Shown here: positions 50,541 to 62,300 of the stretch, piece by piece
Layout: every line of letters starts with the position of its first letter
Numbering within the stretch: position 1 is the first letter of the stretch
Assembly (NCBI RefSeq): GCF_006345805.1
Contig: NC_042999.1
Span: 166,284,001 to 166,348,000 of the forward strand
Source: Octopus sinensis
Taxonomy: Eukaryota
DNA length: 64,000 nt
Direction of reading: 5' to 3'
Notes under the pieces: generated by a model
The model's database searches: none
Seen by the model: only the letters and a program-made list of their open reading frames with translations
Told to the model about the DNA's origin: nothing
Position numbers and translations under genes: made by a program

Positions 50541-51907
50541 GCTACTTATAGCTACAATGTGTTGAACTGGAATATGAGTGAAGTAAAGAATATAGATAGG
50601 AAAATACGCAAGCTGCTGAGTTGTAATAGGATGCACCACCCAAAGGCAGACGTAGATCGCCTTTACCTTCCCAGAGCCCAAGGAGGTCGAGGCCTGATCC
50701 AATTTGAACTAGCTTACAAAACAACCACAATTGTACTGGCCAAATATCTCGAAATAACGAATGACTGGATGCTAAAGCTCGTGGAAAATCACGAGAGACG
50801 AAAGAAGCTTCATTCTATCATAAAGGAAAGCAAAAAATTTGCTATTGATCTCATGCAGGATACCCAAACTGAACAACCCGAGGGAAGTACGGCAACTATT
50901 GTTGCAAAGAAGGTAAAAATAATGGCAACGAAAAAAGCGCACAAGCAATTGGCTGATAGGTGGGAGGAGAAACCTCTGCACGGCAAATATGTGGCCCGCA
51001 GCAAACAAGCTGATGTTGACCAGAAGCAAACCCATCAGTGGCTACGGAGCTCAGGGCTAAAAGCAGAGAGCGAAGGTTTCATCCTGGCTGCTCAAGATCA
51101 AAGCCTATTAACCCGGAACTACCAGGCCAATGTGATGAAAAATGGAGCAGACCCAAAATGCCGATTCTGCAACGACATGATTGAAACAGTGGACCACCTT
51201 ATCTCTGGATGTAAAGTCTTAGCACCAGTGGAGTATAAATTAAGACATGACAGAGTTGGCCAATATCTACACTGGCTAATAAGTCGGCATTACAATATCA
51301 AAACTGCCGACAAGTGGTATAATCACCGCCCTGAGGCTGTAACTGAAGGAGAAAATGTAACCATTCTGTGGGACTTTCCAGTACATACAGACCGAACCAT
51401 CAAGGCCAATAAACCAGATATTGTTGTGAAAGACCAAAACAATAAAGTTTGCTTATTGATCGACATGAGCATCCCCTGTGACCATAATATCTCAGCGAAA
51501 GAGTTTGACAAGCTCAGAAAATATAAAGACCTACTCATTGAAATTGAGAAAATGTGGCATCTCAAGGCAGTTACAATACCAGTGATCGTAGGAGCACTAG
51601 GAATGATCAAGAAGGGAACCGAAAATTATATGAGAATGATCCCTGGCTTACCATCCATGCAAGAAGTGCAAAAGATTGTCTTAACTGGTACATCACACGT
51701 ATTGAGAAGAGCATTGTCGATGTGAGAACTGTTGCTGCTCATGTATTTTAATTTAACTTAAAAAAAAAAAAAATTTTTTTTAAATGAACGAACTATTGAG
51801 TTTGGTTTAATGGCCTACCAATGTATACTATGAGTTTCTTTGCCCTAGGAGTCGGGAAGACACTCAGCAAGAAATGGAAGCAAATTTGAAAGAAAAAAAA
51901 AAGTAAC

Positions 51908-51908
<1 letters not shown>
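50540..51908 (+). mobile_element. 5'-truncated RLE-type non-LTR retrotransposon, R4/Dong-like
   Basis: 388-aa ORF 50559-51725 with HHPKADVDRLYLPRAQGGRGL, LAAQDQ, a CCHC zinc knuckle (CRFC..ETVDHLISGC) and a restriction-like endonuclease (KPDIVV..LIDMSIP..K..KY). Flanked by (AAT)n on both sides. Confidence 0.88.
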
Positions 51909-51938
<30 letters not shown>

Positions 51939-53360
51939 GCGATGATGATAATGATGATTTCTTTTATTTTCCACAAAAGTGAGAGATAAGGAAACGTTAC
52001 ATGGATGGGGATGTATTTAGAATCAGTATGTGAAAACCAGCATATAAAGCAACAGTATAAAAGAAAAATGAAACAACCCCAAAGGAAAACAGACTCCTAG
52101 AGTCAAGTAAATAGCAATCCTTCGTATTGTGGATTATCCATCCCTTCTGCCTACTTGAGTGAAATTACTATGATTGTCCCTACTTGAGCAAAATTACTAG
52201 AGGATAGCAACTCCCTCTTTACCCACTCAAAACTTCCAAATTCTTAGTTGCACAAGTTGATAAAAAATTAGACTAAGAGGGAAATGTTTACCTTCACTCC
52301 TTGCAGTCTTGTCCATCATATGATCTCTTTCACCATATTCACCCAACAAATGGATGATGGACTCGGCTGTTAACCATATTTTACATACAACAAAACCTGC
52401 TGGACACAACTCCAGGAGTCTGTAATTCCCGGACACAGAAAAGGTTTCATCATTTTATTTTTATCTCAGACTTAGTCCACTGACAGCCTTCCATGCCTGT
52501 AGAATTTAGCTCAAACCAGCGATTCTTCTGGATTGCCTATGGTGATGACAATCTTCCAGCTCAGACTATTCGACTGATCTTCATCGACATCTAGAGTGGG
52601 CATGAACAACCTTTTTCGATAAGTGAGCTGCTTGAGACATGGCTTATCATTTGGTAGGCCACACTACAAAGTTGTACCACTCAATGACTTCCATGGACCA
52701 CAAGTTTCCCCTGACTAGTCTAGAGTTTCCCCAAAAATGTTGTTGCTTTTATCCACAACTAATCTTGTACAGAAAGCAAGGATTATCGTGCTGTCAACCT
52801 CATTGACCAACTGTTCAAGAACTGACCGCTAGACAGCATTCAAAATACCAAACTCCCAGTCTTGGTCTTAACATGATTCATGACTGCAATTCTGTCAAAG
52901 AGGCATGATGTAGGAAGACATGCCTGACAAGGGCAACTACATCTACTCCATAGCCAAGCATCTCTGCAAATACCATAGACTAACTGTATGTCCATCCTTC
53001 ATTATCACCACCACAGAGGATGCTGTCAGTAAATGAACCTCCTGACTAGTGAGACGCATTTCTTTTCATGAAATCTGAAAGAAAGAATGAATGAATGTGT
53101 GTGTGTGTCTCTCTGTACATACATGCATGTGTGCACGCATACACAAACATGACATCTAAATACAAACAGCAAATAAGGAGACAGATACAGAGAGTATATG
53201 GAAACACAAAATATGAAGTTTTAATTATATTCTGATCAATGATGCATTCAGCTTAACGACTGCAACTTTCTATTAGCGGAAATTGAATAAAACAGTGATA
53301 AAGGAAATAAAGAGGAATATAGAACTTTTTTGATATTGCAGTTTAAGAAAGCATAGTGTA

Positions 53361-53446
53361 AGACATCATAGCTTAAGACATCATAGCTTAAGACATCATA
53401 GCTTAAGACATCATAGCTTAAGACATCATAGCTTAAGACATCACAG
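53361..53446. repeat. 15-bp minisatellite (AGACATCATAGCTTA) x5 plus a partial unit
   Basis: Direct reading; degenerate units continue to about 53570. Confidence 0.9.
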
Positions 53447-53646
53447 TTTTTGTTAAAAGAAAAAAAATCATTGTTATGCAATATCTAAAACGTATCAGTT
53501 GTCAAAACATCACAGTTTTAAACGTCATTGTGTAAGTCATCATAATTAAGGACATCGTACTTCAAAGTCTCGAACTCTAAAATATCATATTCTTGTTTAT
53601 GCAGCATTTTTATTTATCTATTTATCTTTTATATATTTTATTTCAG

Positions 53647-53793
53647 TTGACACACCTGATCCATATGTTGTTTTAACGATAAAAACTGCTCCAGCAGGAC
53701 GGAAATGCACCAGTACTATAGACAATAACGCAAACCCAGTTTGGAATGAATCCTTTCTTTTTCTACATGATCCACATGTCAGCTTCAATCTCG
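53647..53793 (+). CDS. PLA2G4A: cPLA2-like gene, C2-domain exon ([49 protein letters not shown])
   Basis: TTTCAG acceptor and GTAAGT donor; 147 nt. Contains the DTPDPYV and NPVWNE signatures of the cPLA2 C2 domain. Confidence 0.95.
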
Positions 53794-54869
53794 GTAAGTA
53801 ATGTATTTGTTTATATCTATTGCTGTTTCTTTGCTGAAGTAGACAAACTCACTGTTTCTTCTGACCATTACATGTTCAGGCTTACATGTAATCACCGGAG
53901 TATAGAAACGAGTGTATGTTGTCCCCTTTGCTTAACAGCTAGTCATCTTTGATTGTACCATCTTTAATAAAAGGCATTCTACTTATCACCATCCAATCTT
54001 TTTTGTATATGTAGAGCTACATTTGACATTTATAAGATGACTGGGTGTGATTTGAGGGAGAGTTGGCTGTTGTTGTTATTGCAAAGTTCCAGCTCAACAC
54101 TAATCAAACAAGCTAATGATCTAAGATGTAGTTCTGACCAGTCCATAACTCTTTTACCTGACAGCGTGTGCTTAGAACTACAAAATCCAATCTACTCTTT
54201 TTTAAGGCAGTAAAAGTGTAATTTGAGGGAAATTCTGCAGCTATTTTTTTTAAGCATGGCTGTGTTAAGAAATTTGCTTTCCAGCTACATGGTTCCTGGT
54301 TCAGTCCCATTGTGTGGTACCTTGGGCAAGTGTCTTCTACTGTGGCTTCTCGTCAATCAAAGCCTTGTGAGTGGATATGATAGACAGAAATTGAATGACA
54401 TTCATCATATATATGTATACATCAAAACTTCTGTAATTGCGAATGTAGTGCATGCAGTGTAACTTAAAAGAAAGAGACTCTAATGAGATTCGTTAATATG
54501 TGGGAGTATTTTTCATAGGTAAAAAGTATATTTCACATCATGGATTATCAAGAATGTAACCAGCCCCAAAAGAAATTGACTGAAAAAGAAATTAGTTACA
54601 ACAGAAATGTATGAATTTATACTGGAGAAAGATTATAGAACAAAATATTAGTTGTTGATAAATGGGGTGTGACAATATATATATATGTATTTATATCTGC
54701 AGGAGTGGCTGTGTGGTAAGTAGCTTGCTAACCAATCACATGGTTCTGGGTTTAGTCTCACTATGTTGTACCTTGGGCAAGTGTCTTCTACTCTAGCCTT
54801 GGGCCAACCAAAGCCTTGCTAATGGATTTGGTAGATGAAAACTGAAAGAAGCCCATCATATATAAATAT

Positions 54870-54870
<1 letters not shown>

Positions 54871-54913
<43 letters not shown>

Positions 54914-57860
54914 TTAGCGACCGCTTTCCATGCTAGCATGGGTCTGTGAAGCCAGAAGGCTGCATCAGGCCCAGTCTGATCTGGCAGTGTTTCTACGGCT
55001 GGATGCCCTTCCTAACGCCAACCACTCCGCGAGTGTAGTGGGTGCTTTTTATGTGCCACCCGCACAGGTGCCAGACGGTGCTGGCAAACGGCCACGGATG
55101 GTGCTTTTACGTACAACCGGCACGGGGGCCAGGCGAGGCTGGCAATGGACACGAACGGATGGTGCTTTTATGTGCCACCGGCACGGAGGCCAGTCGGGGC
55201 AGCGCTGGCAACGGCCACGAACAGATGGTGCTTTTACGTGCCACTGGCACGGGGGCCAGTCGAGGCTGGCAACGGACATGAACGGATGGTGCTTTTACGT
55301 GCCATCGGCACGGAGGCCAGTCAGGGCGGCGCTGGCAACGGCCACAATCGCTGCACCTCTTATGTGTCCATAGCTTACACTTGGTGCACCTTATAGAGTT
55401 TTTGCCTACACCTTTTTTACAGATCGAGCGGGGCCATCTACCTGAAGTCGTTTGTGATTGGTCCACCTTCCTACTTATTAGGACTTTGGTTTTGGCTAGG
55501 CTGATTATAAGGCCCTTCGATTCTAACCCTTGCTTCCACACCTGAAACTTCTCCTCCAGTTCTGATAGTGACTCAGCAATTAGAGTAAGGTCATCAGCAT
55601 AGAGAAGCTCCCAAGGGCATCCTGTCTTGAATTCCTCCGTTATTGCCTGGAGGACTATGATAAATAGGAGGGGACTGAGGACTGAACCTTGTGGACCTCA
55701 ACCTCTACCCAGAATTCTTCACTGTACTTGTTGCCAACCCTCACCTTACTAGCAGCGTCTCTGTACATGGCTCGCACAGCTCTCACTAACCATTCATCTA
55801 TCCCTAGTTTCCTCATTGACCCCCAGATAAGGGATCGGGGGACCCTGTCAAAGGCTTTCTCCATGTCAACAAAAGCCAGGTACAGGGACTTATCTTTGGC
55901 TAGGTATTTCTCCTGCAGCTGTCTTACCAGGAATATAGCATCAATAGTACTTTTCCCTGGCACGAACCCAAACTGCAACTCATCTAAGCTAACTCTCTCT
56001 CTAATTAATTGGGCTATAACCCTCTCCGTAACCTTCATTACCTGATCCAGCAGCTTGATACCCCTCTAGTTATTTGTATCTAGGGCGTCACCTTCACCTT
56101 TGTAGCAGTTGACTATTATGCTGCTACACCAGTCATTGGGTATGACTCCTTCGTGTATCACCTGGTTAACTATACGGGTGACTAGGCTATAGCCGACACT
56201 ACCAGATATTTTGAGCATCTCTGCAGTAATTCCTGATGGGCCTGGGGCTTTCCCTGTTTTCATGCTTGTAATTGCCTTAACTACTAAGGAACTGTTAACT
56301 CGGATTGCTGGTCCCTCTGTTGGGTCGACATTCGGCAGACTCTCTTTATCCCATTCATTTTCCTCATTCAGCAGCCTTTCATAGTGGCGTCTCCAAGCCT
56401 CTCTCTTTGCATCCTCATTTAGCGCAAGTGAACTGTCATCCTTGCGAACACATTTCTCTCCTACCACGTCACGATTCTCTCTCACACACTGTCTTGCAAC
56501 ACGAAATACCTCAAGTCTTTCATCCTCACGGCGCAGAACATTGGCAAATTTTTTCTTATCTGCTTCCCCTCTGGCTAGATAGACCTGTCTCCTAGCTTCC
56601 CTTCTGGCAGTCTGATACACTTCCCTGCTACCACCGTTCTTCCAGTCCTTCCAAGCCTGTTTCTTTTGTCTAATAGCCCTGTCAACAATATTGTCACCAC
56701 CACGTTATTTTGGGTCTTAAGGGGACTTTGCACCAGCCACAGATCTGGTCAGTGGCTTTCAGCAGGTTGTCCCTCAGAAGCGTCCAGTTGTCTTCTACCC
56801 CATGTGTAGCTATACCCCCTTCCATTTCGTCAAAGACTTCAAGTAACATGTCTCTAAATCTCTGTCCGTTCGCAGGGTCTTTAAGCTTCCAGACCCTTCT
56901 TCTCCATGTTGGTCGTCTTCTAGTCGCCCTCTTAGTCCTGATCCTAAAGTCACTAACTACCAGTCTATGTTGTGGGGTGCATTCTTTGCCTGGGAAGATT
57001 TTGGCATTTATAAGCAGCCATCTTTCCCTTTTTCTGGCAAGGATGTAGTCGATTTGGCTAGTATGCCGGCCCGATCGGTAGGTGACCAGGTGGCTTGTCG
57101 GTTTCCTGAAGTTAGTGTTGCAAACCATAAGACTATTCGCATCGCAGAACTCCAGCAGCCTGGTTCCCTCCTCGTTGTGGGAACCATAACCGTAGCCTCC
57201 ATGTACGCCATGGAAGCCCCCAGCATGTTGTGCAACATGCCCATTGAAGTCACCAGCCACAAAGAGAAGGTCCCTGTCGTTCGTCAATGAGGTGATCTTC
57301 AGTAAGGTGTCATAGAAACTGTCTTTCTGTCCATCGGGTAGCCCTGGCTGAGGGGCATAGGCCGATATAATGGTTGCTAATCTATGATGAAGCACTATTC
57401 TAATCTTAAGTATTCTGTCACTTACTCTGATTACCTCAATTACTTTATCTACCCATTTCACAGCGATAAGTATACCCACACCACCAACCCCGTCAGTGTT
57501 CCCTGCCCAGAAAATCTTGTACCTGTGTTCCTTGCCTGTGAGGAACCTAGCAGATCCTCCTCTCCACCTTATTTCTTGCATGCAACATACATCAACACAT
57601 CTCCGTTCAAGCATCTCGACTATCTCACCAGACCTACCTTTCAGTGTGCCAACGTTGAGGGTGCCAACCCTGAGGGTGTGGAAGGTATGGGCCCTAGAGG
57701 CCCAGGGACAGGGAGCAGTGGCGTCATGTACCTGAAAAGAAAGCTCGCATTTGGCAGAATTCATAAGCAAAGCAATGATCTTAAGTTCAACCTGCTACAA
57801 CACACTATCATGTTTTGCGCCGTATGGTCACCACCTTATATAGTAGGGGTGGTATTGGCT
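54871..57860 (-). mobile_element. RTE-clade LINE, degenerate, with an internal 3' RT deletion
   Basis: APE endonuclease (GTLNVGTLKGRS..MQEIRW..GDFNGH..SQIDYIL) at 56694-57770; RT pieces (KAPGPSG, QFGFVPGKST, AFVDMEKAFDRVPR) at 55107-56620 with frameshifts; 3' UTR ending in a (GAT)n tail at 54871-54912. Confidence 0.92.
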
Positions 57861-58408
57861 TAAGGCCTTTAGGTGTTCATGGAAGAAAAGCAAAGGAAGA
57901 CAAGATGAGATAAGGACTTCCGGTACAGGTGGGGGGGAGGGAGGGCAGGATCCACCGCACACTGGGAACGATGGGGTAAGGAATTTAAGCGACAGAAAGA
58001 CCGATATATATATGTATATGTTTGTGTGTCTGTGTTTGTCCCCCAATCAATGCTTGACAACCGATGTTGGTGTGTTTACATTCCCATAACTTAACAGGTC
58101 AACAAAAGAGAACCGATAGAATATGTACTAGTCTTGGGGTTGAATTGTTCGACTAAAGGCGGTGCTTCAGCATGGCCACATTCAAATGACTGAAGCAAAT
58201 AAAAAAGTAAAAAAATAAAAGAATGTATATATATATATATATATATTTCATCATCATCATCATCATCATTTAACGTCCGGCCAGGCAAGAGCTTTCACCA
58301 GATTCTGTATCAGTTTTGGCATAGTTTCTACAGCTGAATGCCCTTCCTACCAACCACTCTGCAGAGAATGTTTCCAGTTACTTTTGGGTACTCCCTCGTA
58401 TGCTGTGT

Positions 58409-58449
<41 letters not shown>

Positions 58450-58548
58450 AAGGGGTAGGGTACCTAAAAGTAACCAGAACCATTCTCTGTGGGACAGAAG
58501 CCACTTGTTGCATCCTCAGGCATCAGTCTCTCTCTCTCTCTCTCCCTC

Positions 58549-58614
<66 letters not shown>

Positions 58615-60122
58615 AAACATTTTGGATACATTTCAATTTAATATTCAGTCATCTAAACAATATGTTTGTATTTCCTTGAAATATGGAGACAGTAAAAGTA
58701 TCACAACTCAGCTGACTAAATGACTTGTCCGTATGTCGATGAAAATCAGATGCAAACACACTGCTTATCATTTTAGTAGATTTTCAATCAGTGAACATTC
58801 ATTTTGTCAAATAATATTTAGACAATAAATACTTAGTCTTCTATCAGATAACACTGTGTAACAAAATTTTAATTATTTTTTTGTCTTTGGTCAGTAAGTG
58901 TTATTTCCTATTTGCTTCTATTTAGAAATCAAAGGAAATGACTACCGTTCCCTTCAGACTTTGTTTTTATGACCTGTTTTGAAACTGACCTATTTTCCAT
59001 TACATCTCAGACAGATTCAGTGTTGAGTTACAGAAGCAGAAATATTGTTATAGTAAATATTCTGCTCAATACCAAAGATTTGCTTGTCAGTTGCTTGACT
59101 GTAATCACTTGAGCATTTCTCTTAGTGGCTGACAATATGTGCATCTCTGATCATGAGCAGAAGTAGTGCGGGAGCATCATAGCCATGTGTTGAGAGGGAT
59201 TCTTTGGGGTTTGAATAACTGTAATAAAAGCAAAGTTTGAAGGAAATATTTGCCATTTTTCATACTTTCTAGGAGTAAGCAAATAGAAAATAACAGTTGC
59301 TACCCAAGGACAAAAGTCATGATACACAGTGTAACCGTTTAAAGATAGCCTGAGATATAGGACCAAGCATTATTTGAACATCCAATAGTTTTCATAAACT
59401 AACAGTTACCTACCAAGCCTACTGCATGAAAAGAATGAATTAATAACCTGGGCCTGCTGACAATGTATTTTAGGTGGTGGTGGTGGTGGTGGTGGAGAGG
59501 GAAAATTGAAGTTACAAGAAGTGTAGGGGGAGAAAAATAAACTTTAGGCAATTTCAATCACTTAAAAATCTCATTTTCAATTTAATCAAACTCACATATC
59601 TTATTAGATTATAAACAGGCTTGGCTGTGTGGTGAAGAAACTTGCTTTGCAACTACAAGGTTTTGGGTTCAGTCTCACTGCACAGCACTTTGGGCAAATG
59701 TCTTCTGAGTAAGTTTCATTGGGCAAATACCTTGTGAGCAAATTTCATTGACAGAAACTGTGAAAACCTACTACACGTGTGTGGTGTGTGTGTGTGTGTG
59801 TGTGTGTGTGTTCACATGTGCACGTGCATACATGTGTGCATGTGTGTGTGATCTCACTGCTTGACAACTGCTGGTAGTTTGTTAAGGTCCTTGTAACTTA
59901 ACACTTTGGCAAAAGAAGCCCATAGAATAGTTACCAGATTAAAGGAAGAAGAACAATACTGGATGCAATTTGTTCAACTAAAACCCATCCGGGCAGTGCT
60001 CCAGCATGGCCATAGTCCAATGACTGAAACAAGCAAAAAGTAAGACAAAAAATAAACTGTAGTCACAAAGCATTTCTTTTTAATCCTTGTTCTTACATTA
60101 TTGTCCTCTTTGGCTCTTTCAG

Positions 60123-60238
60123 GGATCACTTTGATGGAAGCAAACTATACAGTAGACCAGGAAATTGATACCATTACAATTAAAAGCAGCAGTTTACCAA
60201 AAAATAAGTTTGAGAAGAGAACAGTCTATTTCAATGAG
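60123..60238 (+). CDS. PLA2G4A: cPLA2-like gene, C2-domain exon (GITLMEANYTVDQEIDTITIKSSSLPKNKFEKRTVYFNE)
   Basis: Polypyrimidine tract, TTTCAG acceptor and GTATGT donor; 116 nt; phase 1 in matches the previous exon. Aligns to human EITLMDANYVMDETLG...FIFNQ. Confidence 0.93.
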
Positions 60239-60365
60239 GTATGTACACATTAGATATTTGATGCTCAGTTTACATATTCTCTTTATTCATTTGAGTAAAT
60301 TTCATCCTCTTAATCCATTGTCTCTCCTATGCATCACATGTGGTACAGATGGTATATTTCTCTGG

Positions 60366-60601
60366 TGAAAGGTGGCGAGCTGGCAGAAACGTTAGCACGC
60401 CGGGTGAAATGCTTAGCGGTATTTCGTCTGCGTTACGTTGTGAGTTTGAATTCCGCCGAGGTCGACTTTGCCTTTCATCCTTTCAGGGTCGATAAATTAA
60501 GTACCAGTTACGCACTGGGGGTCGATGTAATCGACTTAATACCTATGTCTGTCCTTGTTTGTCCCCTCTGTGTTTAGCCCCTTGTGGGTAGTAAAGAAAT
60601 A
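60366..60601 (+). mobile_element. SINE family B with 15-bp flanking direct repeat; related copies at about 11806-12050 (-), 19488-19690 (+) and 20700-20880 (-)
   Basis: GGCGAGCTGGCAGAA head, GAATTCCGCCGAGGTCGACTTTGCCTTTCATCC core; GGTATATTTCTCTGG at 60351-60365 and 60602-60616. Confidence 0.8.
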
Positions 60602-60878
60602 GGTATATTTCTCTGGAGCCCATGCATCATATATGACACACATTTGCAATTTCTTTCAACCATCAGAGTCATTTAGGCCTTTTGAAAAGAAAGCTTTATA
60701 TTAATCAGAACATATGAAATAAAGGCTAACTAAAAGTCTGAAAATATACATGGATATTTACAACAAACACATGGAAATGCTTTAGACACAGTTAATGATT
60801 TCTAACACAAAGTTTTTGTGAAGATGTTGTCAAATGAATTTTTCAGTTCATGTTTGGTGATTATTTTATAGACCTTAA

Positions 60879-61097
60879 CCCTTTAGTGTCCAGATTATTC
60901 CATCAAACATAATGCCTATTGATTCCCATTGATTTGAATTAATCATGCATTATCTCATATCTTCAAGATCTTGATGGTGTAATTACTTAATGTAGAATAA
61001 CATTGTAGGGTAGGTGTGAGAGCCTGGATCTGGTCAGTTTGAACATAAAACAGATTAGCTATTTTGGCCGGATATGGCCAGTTTAAATACTAAAGGG
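60879..61097. mobile_element. piggyBac-type MITE (219 bp)
   Basis: TTAA at 60875-60878 and 61098-61101; TIR CCCTTTAGT / ACTAAAGGG. Confidence 0.8.
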
Positions 61098-61280
61098 TTA
61101 AAGGCAAAGTTTGAGCACAGAAAATTAAGAGATGTAACTAAATATGACATTCTTTTCTTTGCACTACCAATTCTGCTACCTTGTGGATGAATTAAACAGT
61201 AATGTAACATATTCCCTTCCTTTTCACACTTTCTCCAATGAGGATAACATGTGTCCTTGTCAAGTCTTAAGTGTCACAAA

Positions 61281-61678
61281 TCTTTATATATAAAAGTGAG
61301 GTTGTGTGCTGTCTGTCTCCTACGATTTAGATTCCTAACTACTCCCACATTTTGCAGTGCAGTTTAACCCAAACCGGGTATCTTATAGTCGTGATTCATA
61401 TCGAGCCCTTCTGGATATTAGTGCGCATCTATGATGAGTCTACGATTTAAAAAAAAATTTACCATCAATTTTTCCCATTTTTAATGCATTTTTGGCATAT
61501 ATAAGGGAAGTAACTCTCTAAAAATTTATTATTAAATCTCAGAACGTAAAAAGCTACAGTAACACCCCCCCCCTTTGTGGTTAGCCATATTGAGATGGCT
61601 ATTATACTTTACATCTCTAAAAATGCTTATATAGTTATTTCCCTTACAAACCCGAGCAACGCCGGGCGATACTGCTAG
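61281..61678 (+). mobile_element. complete non-autonomous Helitron (398 bp)
   Basis: A|TC 5' end, subterminal hairpin CCCGAGCAACGCCGGG, CTAG|T 3' end, inserted between A and T. Confidence 0.85.
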
Positions 61679-61939
61679 TGTGTCATAAAAATATTGCTAT
61701 GAATAAAGTCATTTATATGTTAAGTACTCTTTGAAGTCTCTGAGAATGGTCCACAATATGATTACTTGAGGCTGTGGGGTCAGATAAGCACTTGGGTTGC
61801 TCTGCTTTAGATCAAGCCTGAGACTGCTCGATTGCAAAATGGACTTTGTAACCCATTGGCCATCTCTGCATCCATGTATCCCATGCAAATATACATATGT
61901 GGGTACATGCATGGATATTGCATTTTTCAGCTTGAAATT

Positions 61940-62067
61940 GCGTGTGCGTGTGTGTGTGTGTGTGTGTCTGTGTGTGTGTGTGTGTGTGTGTCTGTGTCTG
62001 TGTCTGTGTGTGTGTGTGTCTGTGTGTGTGTCTGTGTGTGTGTCTGTGTCTGTGTGTGTGTGTGTGT

Positions 62068-62101
<34 letters not shown>

Positions 62102-62255
62102 CTGTGTGTGTGTCTGTGTGTGTGTGTGTGTGTGTGTCTGTGTGTGTGTGTGTCTGTGTGTGTGTCTGTGTGTGTGTCTGTGTGTGTGTCTGTGTCTGTG
62201 TGTGTCTGTGTGTGTGTCTGTGTGTGTGTCTGTGTCTGTGTGTGTGTGTGTGTGT

Positions 62256-62295
<40 letters not shown>

Positions 62296-62300
62296 ACATG
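61940..62300. repeat. (TG)n/(TCTG) compound microsatellite
   Basis: Direct reading. Confidence 0.95.

Noticed and set aside
53361-53446. Regular short repeats resembling a CRISPR array
   Set aside because: The units are contiguous with no unique spacers, and the context is eukaryotic.
10158-60238. Venom phospholipase A2
   Set aside because: The C2 domain identifies a cytosolic group IV enzyme, not a small secreted disulfide-rich PLA2.
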